The position numbers and the translations under genes are program-made. A stretch of DNA of 64,000 bases. Source: Eledone cirrhosa (taxonomy: Eukaryota). Under the pieces are notes generated by a model that saw only the letters and a program-made list of their open reading frames with translations, was not told the DNA's origin and made no database searches. Below are positions 28,571 through 42,870 of the stretch, piece after piece (positions within the stretch are counted from its first letter, which is position 1; each line of letters opens with the position of its first letter). The DNA is taken from NCBI GenBank assembly GCA_964016885.1, contig OZ024760.1:26350001-26414000 (forward strand), in the 5' to 3' direction.

Positions 28571-29262
28571 TTCTTCTCCTCCTCCTCATTCTCATTCTTC
28601 TTCTTCTTCTTCTTCTTCTTCTTCTTCTTCTTCTTCTTCTTCTTCTTCTTCTTCTTCTTCTCCCCGTCCTCATCATTCTTCTTCTTCTTCTTCTTCTTCT
28701 TCTTCTTCTTCTTCTTCTCCCCGTCCTCATCATTCTTCTTCTTCTTCTTCTTCTTCTTCTTCTTCTTCTTCTTCTCTTCTTCTTCTTCTTCTTCTTCTTC
28801 TTCTTCTTCTTCTTCTTCTTCTTCTTCTTCTTCTCCTCCTCCTCCTCCTCCTCTCCTTCCTCTCCGCCCCATCCTCCTCTCGTCTCTCCCCCTCTCAAAT
28901 TACTCTCCAAACAGAATGTAATCCCCTCCATCCTAGGACACTACAGAAACAGGCCCCATGTCTGTTCCTCTGGGAATGTTGCCAGACAAGCAGAAAAGGG
29001 ATTTACCAAAACATGGCGTTTCCCTGTCCACAGAGAACCAGGCCATCCGCCATATATTTTCTGACGTCAATTGTACATGCGCATCAGATAAAAAAAAGTC
29101 AGCCAGAAAGAGACATGACGTCACACGTGACGTCTTCATTGCTCCGTTGTTACCTCCTGAATATCACACTCACTCACTCACTCACTCTCTCTCTCTCTCT
29201 CTGTCTCTCTGTCTCTCCTTCACTCTCTCTCTCTCTCTGTAATTCTTTCTGCCCCCCCACCC

Positions 29263-29329
<67 letters not shown>

Positions 29330-29336
<7 letters not shown>

Positions 29337-29645
29337 AAATAAAATAAATAAGTCAAATGTTTAAGATTTAGCTTCGTTTATTACTGCTATATATATTTCG
29401 GTGACAGCCATCTTTGGCTGTGACCTCTTCAGGCAGTTTGAATTAGTATGGTATAGACAAGTACATATGTTGTTTAGGTGTATAACTTTGTCAATACTCT
29501 GATATGCCCAGTTCCTGGTTGGGTTGTTATTTCACTGAGGAACTGGAATCATATCCATCCAAAGATGGCTGTCACCGAAATATATATAGCAGTAATAAAC
29601 GAAGCTAAATTTTAAACATTTAACTTATTTATTTTATTTTATTTT
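29330..29645. mobile_element. Fold-back insertion (arms ~29330-29416 / 29559-29645) next to (TA)n
   Basis: Reverse-complement arms; the right arm starts at the helix II loop of the HHR. Confidence 0.78.
29383..29437 (-). ncRNA. Intact type-I hammerhead ribozyme
   Basis: ACTGC-CTGAAGA-GGTCACAGCCA AAGA TGGCTGTCACC-GAAA-TATATA-TA-GCAGT. Full core, G10.1-C11.1 pair, helix II with 10 of 11 pairs, 5-bp helix I, palindromic helix III. Confidence 0.9.
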
Positions 29646-29817
29646 ACATTACTCTGGAGTAACCAAACCAACCTGCGCTCTTCGTCGAGTGCTCCAATCT
29701 GCATACTGAGGTGTTGGTATACAACCAACATATACTCAAAATTTATATATATATGTAGAAGAGATAACTTGAACCATTAAGGTATATTATCCTTGGTTAT
29801 GTCAAATATTTATAGTA

Positions 29818-29875
29818 TTTTATCTGATGATAGCGTACCAAAATATTTGGTATCTTTGAAATATATATAATAGAA
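29818..29875 (+). ncRNA. Type-I HHR
   Basis: TTTTAT-CTGATGA-..GTACCAAA ATA TTTGGTAT..-GAAA-TATATA-TA-ATAGAA; base of helix II imperfect. Confidence 0.65.
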
Positions 29876-29923
29876 TAAATATGGTTTTATATTTTATAAA
29901 TATAGTTTCCATTTATTTACTAT

Positions 29924-30000
<77 letters not shown>

Positions 30001-30550
30001 TCTTATATATTTTTATGTGGGCTGATAGTGAACGGATTAAGGAATTTCAGAAACCCAAGAAGCTAGATTTAACACCCTTCTAGCGGGTCCGGGTAAGTTT
30101 TTTGCATTCATTTAAATTATTGATTTATTGATATTTTATTTGAGTGACCCGAATCTTCCTGGTCGTTCTTTTTCGGCTGCACGGGTGATTTTAGGCATAA
30201 TCTCTATGTGTTGGTAATTTAACGATAGTTATAGCTCTGATTTATCCAAATTATTGAGCCCTCTGCCACTCATATCGGATATTGTTTATCGTTAATTCGT
30301 GAGCTGATTTTCCGATACTCGATTATTCTATTATATATATATATATATAACAAAGGAATTGTGGTAAGGAACCAGATGGAACATAACGCACCAGAGTACT
30401 CAATAATTAGGGTAGTTGAGTGGGAAATAGGAAAAAGTATGACCCCGACGGCAGAGCTCAAGCCGTTTCGACGGCTATTTCTGGACTATATTAGAATTTT
30501 TAGCTAGGCGATATATATATATATGATTTTGTGTATGTGTGTGTGTATAA

Positions 30551-30620
<70 letters not shown>

Positions 30621-30818
30621 AATATACATATATATTGTTATACTTGGGGAGGGTCATATTGTTGTAATAATATTGCCAGAAATAATAACAGAATACACTC
30701 ACTGTTGGCTACTGTACCTTTTATATCTCCATAGTTAATTTATTTGGCAATCAACGTTTATCATTGATTGACCAACGGTTAAAAATACAGATATAAATAT
30801 ATATATATAGTCTATCAA

Positions 30819-30854
<36 letters not shown>

Positions 30855-30987
30855 GGTAACACAGTTGTTAGGCATACGACAGGTGCGTGTTCGAGTTCTT
30901 CAAGCGATGCAATCCGCTATTTTTTCCGTATCTAAGGTTTATATACTCAAATTTCAAAATTCAAAAATTACTCAACGCTTCATAGTA

Positions 30988-31474
30988 CGAGGATCGGTCG
31001 AAAAGTTCATAAGCTGATTATAAAAGAGTGATGCTAGAGCTGTGAAATCTTGCATGCATCCAACTCTTCATTTTAATAACTACATTATTTCCTTCCAGGG
31101 ACTATGTTGAAAAAGAAACCTCATTTGATCATTCCATGAGAGAATCTTGGTTACAGGCTGACTATGAAGGAGTGATGCTAGAGCTGTGAAATCTTGCATG
31201 CATCCAACTCTTCATTTTAATAACTACATTATTTCATTCCAGGGACTATGTTGAAAAAGAAACCTCATTTGATCATTCCCTGAGAGAATCTTGGTCATAG
31301 GCTGACTATGAAGGAGTGATGCTAGAACTGTGAAATCTTGCATGCATTAATTTCAACTCTTCTTATCCATAACTGCATTGTGTCCTTCCAAATACTATGC
31401 TGAAAACGAAAACCTCATTTGGTCATTCCACGAGAATATCTTAGTCAGTCTATGGACATTTCAATCGACCTTCG
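30988..31474. mobile_element. Tc1/mariner-type MITE with internal 144-bp triplication
   Basis: TA|CGAGGATCGGTCGAAAAGTTCATA ... TATGGACATTTCAATCGACCTTCG|TA; units start 31013, 31157, 31301. A related fragment lies at 47420-47500. Confidence 0.8.
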
Positions 31475-31763
31475 TAATAGAGATAAATATTTGACCGGTC
31501 ACTTCCAAGAATAAACACCGCCCTTAACTCGTCACGTGATTACACCGGTACAATATAACTAGTTTCTTTTGATTCTGCATCTACACGTGTTAGCCAAAAC
31601 ACACTAGAAACGAACTCAATAGTCCTATAATTCAGTGTAAGTAAAACATTTTGATAAATCTAAGCAGTACATTTAATGTTCTTTACATGTAATTTTAAAT
31701 ATGGTTATTCTGAATACACTTGGTTATTTTTAATCAGCACTTCCATCCCTCTATAACAATATG

Positions 31764-31942
31764 CAAACCTGTCAACTCTTCCCGTCCAACAGGGAGATCT
31801 CCCACCCTCTTTGGGGTGTGAGAGATGTCTTCTCTTGTGAAAATGGTTATAGCTTTCAATATATAAAATCTCCCCATTTTGCCTCATTTCTCCTCGTTTT
31901 CTGGCAACATTTTTTCATGTTACTCCCTGTCTGGCAGGTCTG
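31764..31942. mobile_element. Possible old MITE
   Basis: Imperfect TIRs CAAACCTGTCAAC / TCTGGCAGGTCTG; no convincing TSD. Confidence 0.35.
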
Positions 31943-32429
31943 ATATACCTCTCTACAGCCAGGGAGGGATTTAATGGGGACAAAGGGGGAAATTGCCCCC
32001 TGCCTCATACAGTGGGTGGGGGGGGGGGGGGGGGGAGCATCAGCGACGGCCGTAGCAATTTATTTGTGCCATCAGCTGGGCTTTTTAGTTTTAGGATGGT
32101 TAGAATTTTTTTTTATTTAATACCTGGATGTATAACTTTTCAATTCCAATAACTTGCGCAAAGCTAACTTTGATATGTTTTTTATGCGATTCAAGGGATG
32201 ACAATTTCTTTTCTTTTACAACCTTGCCACCAGGAAGGTGGCGGGTCAAAAATGTACTCGAAATTAAGAGAAAGATACATATATACATGATGGCTGCCCC
32301 CTCGTTATCGAGTATGGCCATTGCACCATATACCATTATTATTAATTTTTAATTAAGGCTATCGTGCAATTAAAGTGCGTGAAGATATTTTTTAAAGTGA
32401 GGAAAGACTGTGCACTGAGCCAATCCCAC

Positions 32430-32811
32430 TATCTGAGCGACAGTAGCTATAACCAGAAAAAGAGAAAAGATCAACATCATCGGTAACTACTGAGCCGCAG
32501 GTATTATATCCCAGTTTCCTGAGTTGCTTTCTCCTAGAAGAATGCCCTGACAAAGGCTAGGGGTCCTTCACTCCCAGTGGTTTAACTGCGTGATACATAT
32601 GTATATACATATTTACACACTTTTGGATGGCCGTTGACTCTTATCAGTTCTTCAGCCCTTTGTCAGGTTTTGACTTTTGTCCTGCAGGGTATCCAAAATC
32701 ACCCTCCTCACCAAGTAAACTTGGTGGGGTTGCTGGTTTAGTCGCCGACGACCCGACCATGTGAAAGGTTGTACTGGGTTACATGTTACCAGTAGCACTC
32801 AAGAGTGACCC
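32430..32811 (-). mobile_element. Diverged subfamily of the bipartite RTE element (5' part)
   Basis: Aligns by eye with 18690-19000. Confidence 0.7.
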
Positions 32812-32818
32812 GATATAT

Positions 32819-32867
<49 letters not shown>

Positions 32868-32918
32868 TACATACATATATACATATATACATACATACAC
32901 ACACATATACATACATAA

Positions 32919-32956
<38 letters not shown>

Positions 32957-32999
32957 ACCCACACACACACACACATACATACATACATACATACATATA

Positions 33000-33485
33000 T
33001 AATATCAAAGATTAGTGAAAAGGAGAATATTTATGCAGAACTGATGAGAAATCTGCAGATACTCCACCCTGACTACACCTTCAGATTTATACCTGTGATT
33101 ATTGGGGTACTGGGGTATGTTAGTAACTGCCTCAATACAAATCTTGAGATCTAGGCTTCGCAGGAACAGAAAGAACACAACTAGTTAGGAAATTACAAGT
33201 ACAATCCATTAATGGAACAGTAAAAATATGTAAAACATTCCAAAATTATTGCATCTAATAACTGCATATACACATGTACAGATGCAAAGCATATACACAT
33301 GCACACATACAACTCAAAACATATACATCCACACATACAATAACATCCATATCTACACATGCATGCATATCTACCTAGTTGATGTTGTGTAAATTCCAAT
33401 GAGTGAGTCTTGCGTGTATGTTAGAAACCGACTCTCTCTCTCTTTTGGTAAACATTTGTGAAATTATAAAACCAGAAGAACTTAC
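33000..33485 (+). mobile_element. R4/Dong-like non-LTR retrotransposon 3' end (restriction-like endonuclease C-terminus)
   Basis: KISEKENIYAELMRNLQILHPDYTFRFIPVIIGVLGYVSNCLNTNLE, a frameshift, then LGFAGTERTQLVRKLQVQSINGTVKICKTF. The 3' UTR ends in (CATA)n. Confidence 0.75.
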
Positions 33486-33496
33486 ATACATACATA

Positions 33497-34010
33497 TATG
33501 GTGGCTGCCAACTCGTTTTCGAGTAAGGCCACTACTTTATATCCATGTAGGAGAACCCCTACCGATGCGCTGAACGAGTGTGACTTTTTAGTCCAGCCAG
33601 CGACTTGAAAACTCTGGTACAAACATTACACTTGCGACAATTACTGACACATAGTGTTGGGACCATGGTACCATGTGACGACAAGTGCAGAGAGATCTCC
33701 AGATATAAAGCAATGCCTGTGCCGTGAAGCTTTTATAGTGAGCAAAGGCACTGCACAAAGCCAGTCCCACTCTCTTAACCAAGATGATATTTACCAAAAA
33801 GAAGAACAAGTCAACATCATTGGATACCATCGACTTTTAAGAGCTCCTTTGCCCTTTGACAGGTTTTGTTTTTAGTCCTGCAGAATGTCCAATATCACCC
33901 TCCTCACCAAGAAACCTTGGTGGGGTTGCCAGTTTAGTCGCCAACAACCCGACCATGGGGCAGGTTGTACTGGGATACATGTTACCAGTAGCACCAACTG
34001 GTGACCTGAC
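33497..34010 (-). mobile_element. Bipartite non-autonomous RTE element (internal deletion)
   Basis: Same family as 18433-19000; encodes RKCNVCTRVFKSLAGLKSHTRSAHR*. Confidence 0.75.
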
Positions 34011-34424
34011 ATACATATATACATACATACATACATACATACATACATACATACATACATGGAATGCCTCTAATCACATGGTCTGTTCGATCAGAATTGG
34101 CCTGGGGCTATACAACGATGACAACAACAACAACAACATGATTTAAAGATGGACGAGTTGAGGCCGAGTCAGTCAACCGTAACGTATCTCTGTGTCGTTC
34201 CACAATGGCTGAACACATGAGCACGTGACATCGAAGATGTGTGATATTCCCCAGAGAGAATCGAAACTGGGTCACAGCATTAGTGACCCCAGGGGTCCCT
34301 TTACACAACCTATGTATCATACACACACATACACATACACACACGTGTATATATACACACACACACATCATCATCATCTTCATCTTCTAAATCATCATCG
34401 ACATCATCATCTACTATTCAACAG

Positions 34425-34473
<49 letters not shown>

Positions 34474-34522
34474 CACAATTACACTACTACTACTACTACT
34501 ACTAATATAACCACTACTATAT

Positions 34523-34563
<41 letters not shown>

Positions 34564-34602
34564 ATATAACCACTACTATATTACTACTACTACTACTACT
34601 AT

Positions 34603-34664
<62 letters not shown>

Positions 34665-35334
34665 TTATATTACTACTACTACTACTACTTTTTCTTATTC
34701 TTATTCTGCTCCTCTTTTTCGTCTTTTTCTCCTTCTTTTTCTTCTTCTCCTCCTCCTTTTTCTTCTTCTGCTTTTTCTTCTTCTTTATATTCTTCTCCTT
34801 TTTTCTTCTTCATTTTCTTCTTTTTCTTCTTTTTCTTCTTCGTTTTCTTCCTCTTTTCCTTCTTCTTCTTCTTCTTCTTCTTCTTCTTCTTCTTCTTCTT
34901 CTTCCTCTTATATTTTTCTCCCCCTCTTCTACCCCCACCTCCTCCTCTCCACCCCACCACCCCCTCCTATATATTTCATCATGGTTCTACTTCTATATAG
35001 ATCTAACACATAATTCCTAAGTGTACCCCAGATATTTGGCCGTCAACTTATATTTTATGATACGTCAAGAGGTGTAACATATTGGATTTATCAGGCTGTG
35101 TGATAAATTCTTGTCTGTTTAGCGATGCCTTAAATGCGCTCACAAGAAAAACACAAACACAAACTACTATGAAAATAAAACGAAACAAAACTAAACAATT
35201 TTATCAAAATAAACAATAAATATACATAAACAAAAGCCAAGAAACTAATTATAAGAATATGTGTGTCTGTGTGTATGTGTATTAATACATATAAAGCTAT
35301 ATATATATACTCGTATGTAATTGTACATATATGC

Positions 35335-35412
<78 letters not shown>

Positions 35413-36075
35413 GTATAAAATTGTAAATATATATGCATATATAAACATATATATATATATATATATAATTGTAGATATATATATATATATATATATACAT
35501 ATACGTATAAAATTGTAAATATATATGCATATATAAACATATATATATATATATATATAATTGTAGATATATATATATATATATATATACATATACGTTT
35601 ATAATTGTACATATATATGCATATATAAATATATATATACGTATATACACGTATGTAATTGTACATATATATGCATATTTATATATGCATATATATGTAC
35701 AATTACATACGTGTATATACGTATATATATATATATATTTATATATATGTGTGTGTGTATATATATATGGGTGTGTGTGTGTATGTATAAATATACATAT
35801 ATGTATATATATATATGTATTTATATATACATCCATATATGTGTGTGTGTATATATATATATATATAAACTGTGGAATTACTAAGCTGCAATATCCTTTT
35901 AAATTAACAGATATAACCAGCATCTAATTTGCTGCAACAAATCTCCTGAGACGCCATTTTGGGAAAGTTTCGCTTAATATTTATCCCCCGTTTAAAATAA
36001 GATGCAAAGCGCCATTTTGTTTCGGGGCCTTAATATTTTCCTCCTTTTTCTCTCTCGTTCTCTCTCCCTATCCAT

Positions 36076-36113
<38 letters not shown>

Positions 36114-36431
36114 CTCACGCTCTCTCCTCTTTCTTTCTCTGTATCTATCTACCTAGCTCTGTCTCTTGCATAATATATCACCCAAACTCTCTCTCTCTCT
36201 GTTTTTCTCTCTCAACTCCCTATCACATCTCCCTCTCACTTTCATTTCCAATCTCTCTCTCTCACTCACCCGCTTTCTCTCCCTCATACTCCCCTCTCTA
36301 CCACTTCACACTCTCTTTCACTCACTCTTCCACTCTCCCTCTCTATCATACACTCTCCACTCTCTATTTCTCTGACACCCTCTCTCTCTTCACTCACCCT
36401 TTTTCGCTCACCCTCTTTCTCACACACTATC

Positions 36432-36509
<78 letters not shown>

Positions 36510-36647
36510 CTTCTTTCCTTACTTACTTTTTTTCTTTTCGAGATTATTTCCTACTTTTTTACTTTATTATATATTTTTTTTTTATTATTTTATTTTACAA
36601 ATATTTATCTTAATCCGAAATTTATGTTTACTAATGTTTTCTTGTGT

Positions 36648-38340
<1,693 letters not shown>

Positions 38341-38917
38341 GCTCGCGCGCATGTATATACATTCGCGTGAACAAACAATTATGAATAAAGAAGAAAATTA
38401 ACATTATCTCTCTCCCTCCTCCTCTCTCAATCTCTCCCTCTCTCCCCATCTCTCTATCTCTCTGTACCTCCCCATCTCTTTCCCTTCCCATCTCTCTATC
38501 TCTCTCTCCCTCACCATCTCTCTATCTCTCCCTCCCAATATCTCTACCTCTCTCCCTCCCTCCCCATCTCTCTATCTCTATCTCCATCTCTCTCTCTCTC
38601 CCTCCTCCTCTCTCTATCTATCTCCCCCTCCCCATCTCTCTATCTCACTCTCTCCCTCCCCATCTCTCTATCTCTCTCCATCACCATCTCTCTATCGCTC
38701 TCTCCCTCCCCATCTCTCTATCTCTTTTTCCCTCCCCCTCGCCCTCTCTATCTCTCTCCCTCCCCCTCTCTAATACATGCCATACACATACGAATATACA
38801 CATCAGTAAAGCACACATGAAACAACCACTACACGCACACATACGTACCCTTGATTTTGTGTGTCTATGTGTGTGTATGTATATATGTGTGTATCTATAT
38901 ATATATATATACATAGG

Positions 38918-38952
<35 letters not shown>

Positions 38953-38953
38953 G

Positions 38954-39685
38954 AAAAAAATGAAACGAAATTTTATTTCTCACTCTTAGTACGGCTGTTA
39001 CTTAAATATAAGTATGTATACGTACATACATATATGTATACAGACGTACAGTAGTATGTATATATATATACATACATGCACACATATATGTACGTATAGA
39101 GTCACCGAACATTTATTATAATGCTCGGTGTGTTTGTAAACAAACATCCCGAATTAAGCCGTACAGTGTCTAGCAACCATCGTTGCTCATTTGTTCAACA
39201 CTGACAAAGGAACGCTGTACTAGTTTCAAGCTTATTAGCTATCGTCAGCAACGTATACCTTCCTGCCAGATGGTTGAACGTCTGAATGTATATACTTTCC
39301 TTATGCATATTAACAGCTAAGCAGCCTAATTTGCATATCGAGTGAGTTAATCGGCCGGGGTACCGAAAACGATAAACGGAAAAAATGAAACGAAATTTCA
39401 TTTCTCACTCTTAGTACGGCTGTTACTTAAATATAAGTATGTATACGTACATACATATATGTATAAAGACGTACAGTAGTATGTATATATATATACATAC
39501 ATGCACACATATATATATGTACGTATGGATTCACCGAACATTTATTATAATGCTCGGTGTATTTGTAAACAAACATCCCGAATTAAGCCGTACAGTGTCT
39601 AGCAACCATCGTTGCACATTACGTACATATATATATATACATACTACTGTACGTCTGTATACATATATGTATGTACGTATACATA

Positions 39686-39690
<5 letters not shown>
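38954..39690 (-). mobile_element. Family P2: ~1.5 head-to-tail copies of a 425-bp ORF-less unit with one HHR, plus a short inverted piece; retrozyme-like
   Basis: CTCTTAGTACGG recurs at 38983 and 39408 (period 425) and the repeat continues to ~39615; 39619-39690 is inverted; (TA)n flanks. Confidence 0.8.
39212..39254 (-). ncRNA. Minimal type-I HHR (P2)
   Basis: ACGTTG-CTGACGA-T-AGCT AATA AGCT-T-GAAA-CTAG-TA-CAGCGT; palindromic ACUAGU helix III. Confidence 0.82.
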
Positions 39691-39733
<43 letters not shown>

Positions 39734-39765
39734 AAAGAATAGAGGTGTAACACACAAGTTATTAT

Positions 39766-40132
39766 ATATTGGTAAACGGAATAGAAAATGCTGACAAATT
39801 GTTCACAGTTGAAAAATGGTTTAATTAGGAATAAAAGAGTATTAGTGATTGTATGGGTTAGTATTCAGTTGTGGTTTTAAGTTTTTAAGTTTTTACCGGC
39901 TTCGCATTTCTAAATGCTTTTCAAAAATAATTTTGAGATAGAAGAGCAAACAGCACGGACACTCTATCTCAAAATTATTTTTGAAAAGCATTTAGAAATG
40001 CGCAACCGGTAAAAACTTAAAAACTTAAAACCACAACTGAATACTAACCCATACAATCACTAATACTCTTTTATTCCTAATTAAACCATTTTTCAACTGT
40101 GAACAATTTGTCAGCATTTTCTATTCCGTTTA

Positions 40133-40138
<6 letters not shown>
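39766..40138. mobile_element. Near-perfect fold-back (~178-bp arms, ~17-bp spacer) with U3-A8 variant HHRs near the apex
   Basis: Plus 39981-40015: TTGAAAA-GCATTT AG AAATGC-GCAA-CCGG-TA-AAAA. The minus arm has GAAG, so the two-arm consensus is GAAA. Confidence 0.75.
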
Positions 40139-40177
<39 letters not shown>

Positions 40178-40991
40178 CGAAGGAGTTGTGGTAAGGAACC
40201 AGATGGACCATTACGCACCAGAGTACTCAATACTTAGGGTAGTAGAGTGGGTAATAGGAAAAAGTATGACCCCGACGGCAGAGCTCAAGCCCTTTCGACG
40301 GTTATTTCTGGACGCCCAGAAATAGCCGTCGAAACGGCTTGAGCTCTGCCGTCGGGGTTAAACATTTTCCCATATATATATATATACAGATAAATCCACC
40401 AATTAATGGTAGGGTCCCAGACGTATGAAGAACTCAATGTAATCCGTATGTAGAATATGTCGTGAAGCAAAGTTTAAAATACAAAATTTCAACGATATAA
40501 TTCATTGGAAGCAGAGTCAAAATAATACAAATAGTGAAAACAATGAAATTAAACAAAATACGGGTAATTCATAGTACAACTCATTATTTTAAAGATCGTT
40601 TCTAGGGGGTAGTTCTCCGTATGTACATTCTATTTGTGATCTATGTAAAATATATTATAAATTATCAAAGTAAGAAAATATACATACGTTTTCAGAAATA
40701 ATGAGTTTTGTTTATTGAAGAATATAAAACATGTATGAATAAATAACCTTTTAAGAAAAAGGTTGAGATTGACCAATAGTAAAAAATGTGTAATATATTT
40801 TACATAGATCACTAAAAGAATGTACATACTGAGAGGGTGTTTTTCTTACTCACACCCTCTCTATTGATTCTATTACATTTTCGCATGTTCTCATTTGTAG
40901 GGTATAAATATTGAGTTTTCTCACAAGTTAATCACTACCTTGATTAAATCTTAACCATTTAACATACCTGGGTATGTCATGTATCATTTTA

Positions 40992-41056
40992 TTTTATCTG
41001 ATGAGGACGTACTATTGAACTTGATTCAAGTACCTCTGAAATATGTATAATACAAT
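40992..41056 (+). ncRNA. Type-I HHR related to 29818-29875
   Basis: TTTTAT-CTGATGA-GGAC GTAC..TTGAA CTTGA TTCAA GTAC CTCT-GAAA-TATGTA-TA-ATACAA. The downstream sequence resembles the orphan 3' ends at 17945-18040 and 59590-59690. Confidence 0.62.
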
Positions 41057-41194
41057 TTAATTGCTCATAAGAACTTTTATTTTATTAATATTTGAATTTA
41101 ATATTAATAACTCTGGCAAATATCTAACTGTAGAGTGCTTTCAATCTACGGTAAAACTCTTCTTTGATGTACTTATTGAATCTTGTTTAACTCT

Positions 41195-41247
<53 letters not shown>

Positions 41248-41321
41248 GTAGGAAAAGTTTGGTAGAAATATTCAGTCCATAGGACGAGTTTATTATGAAT
41301 AATTTTATATATATATATATA

Positions 41322-41915
41322 TATGGTGGCTGCCAACTCGTTTTCGAGTACGGCCACTACTTTATATCCATGTAGGAGAACCCCTACCGATACGCTGAAC
41401 GAGTGTGACTTTTTAGTCCAGCCAGCTACTTGAAAACTCTGGTACAAACACTACACTTGTGACAATTATTGACACATAGTGCTGGGCCCATGGGACCATG
41501 TGACGACAAGTGCAGAGAGATCTCCAGATATAAAGCAATGCCTGTGCCGTGAAGCTTTTATAGTGAGCAAAGGCACTGCACAAAGCCAGTCCCACTCTCT
41601 TAACCAAGATAATATTTACCAAAAAGAAGAACAAGTCAACATCATTGGATACCATCAGGGTTGCAGGTGTTATATCAGAGTTTTCCTTCTCCTAGAATTC
41701 TGCCTTGACAAAGGCTAAGGAGTCATCTCTCCCGGTGATTTTGGATGGCCATTGACTCTTTAGAGCTCCTTTGCCCTTTGACAGGTTTTGTTTTTAGTCT
41801 TGCAGGATGTCCAGTCACCCTCCTCACCAAGAAACCTTGGTGGGGTTGCCAGTTTAGTCGCCAACGACCCGACCATGAGACAGGTTGTACTGGGATACAT
41901 GTTACCAGTAGCACC

Positions 41916-41916
<1 letters not shown>
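41322..41916 (-). mobile_element. Bipartite non-autonomous RTE element
   Basis: Same family as 18433-19000; here flanked by (TA)n. Confidence 0.78.
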
Positions 41917-41985
<69 letters not shown>

Positions 41986-42056
41986 CGAGGAAACAATGTT
42001 TCCGTTGGTCTTTCCAAGTGCTAATACTAATGTGTCGGTCGCAACTTCAGGTAGAA

Positions 42057-42176
42057 GGAGAAACGTGAAATAAAGTATCTTGCTCAAGGACATAACGCAT
42101 CACCCGGTCTGGGAATCGAACTCACAACCTCACGATTGCGAATCCAATTATCTAACCACTCAGCTACGTGCCATGC
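42057..42176 (-). mobile_element. tRNA-derived SINE 5' part (Meta-like core)
   Basis: A box TAGCTGAGTGG, B box GAGTTCGATTCC, then TGTCCTTGAGCAAGATACTTTATTTCAC. Copies at 47565-47775 (minus), 59006-59120 (plus), and degenerate at 27005-27090. Confidence 0.8.
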
Positions 42177-42811
42177 ACACACCCACACACACACGCACAC
42201 ACACACACACAACACACAACACACAACACACGCACACACGCACACACGCACACACGCACACACGCACACGCACAGGAAGAGAGAGAGAAAGTGGAGGGAG
42301 AGAATTATGTAACAAGCTATGGTCTAAACGGTGAATACAAATTAAAATTTCAGATGTGAAGAAACGTTGGTACATAAGGTAAACAAGGAGAGAATATATA
42401 TATATATATATATATATATACACGGTAATGGACACTGAAAGTAGTACTCAATACTTGAGGCTGTGTGAAGCTGCCCGAGGAGCTCTAAAGCGAAATGTGA
42501 GTTATGCATAATTTGCTTTGTTTTTGTTTGTTATATCTTTTCGTATTTTTTGTATTTTTTTTTTTTTTGAAGGGGCTTCTTTTGTTTGTTTTTGGTGAAG
42601 AAATAAATCATAAGGAAAACCCCAACCGGAAGTTTAATGAAAAGTTTAGGGCTTACTAGTGTTGGTAATTGAACACAGTTCCTCCCACTTTAGGACATTT
42701 CCATAAGACATTAGTTTAGAATGTTCAGTGAGATGAGAAACTTTCTATTCGCAGCTGCTAAAAACGGGCGCCATTTTAATCCGACTCCTTAATAATAAGA
42801 GAAATATATAA

Positions 42812-42870
<59 letters not shown>

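Noticed and set aside
31955-32380. hAT transposase remnant
   Set aside because: A TIR-like start is present but there is no partner TIR or convincing protein motif.
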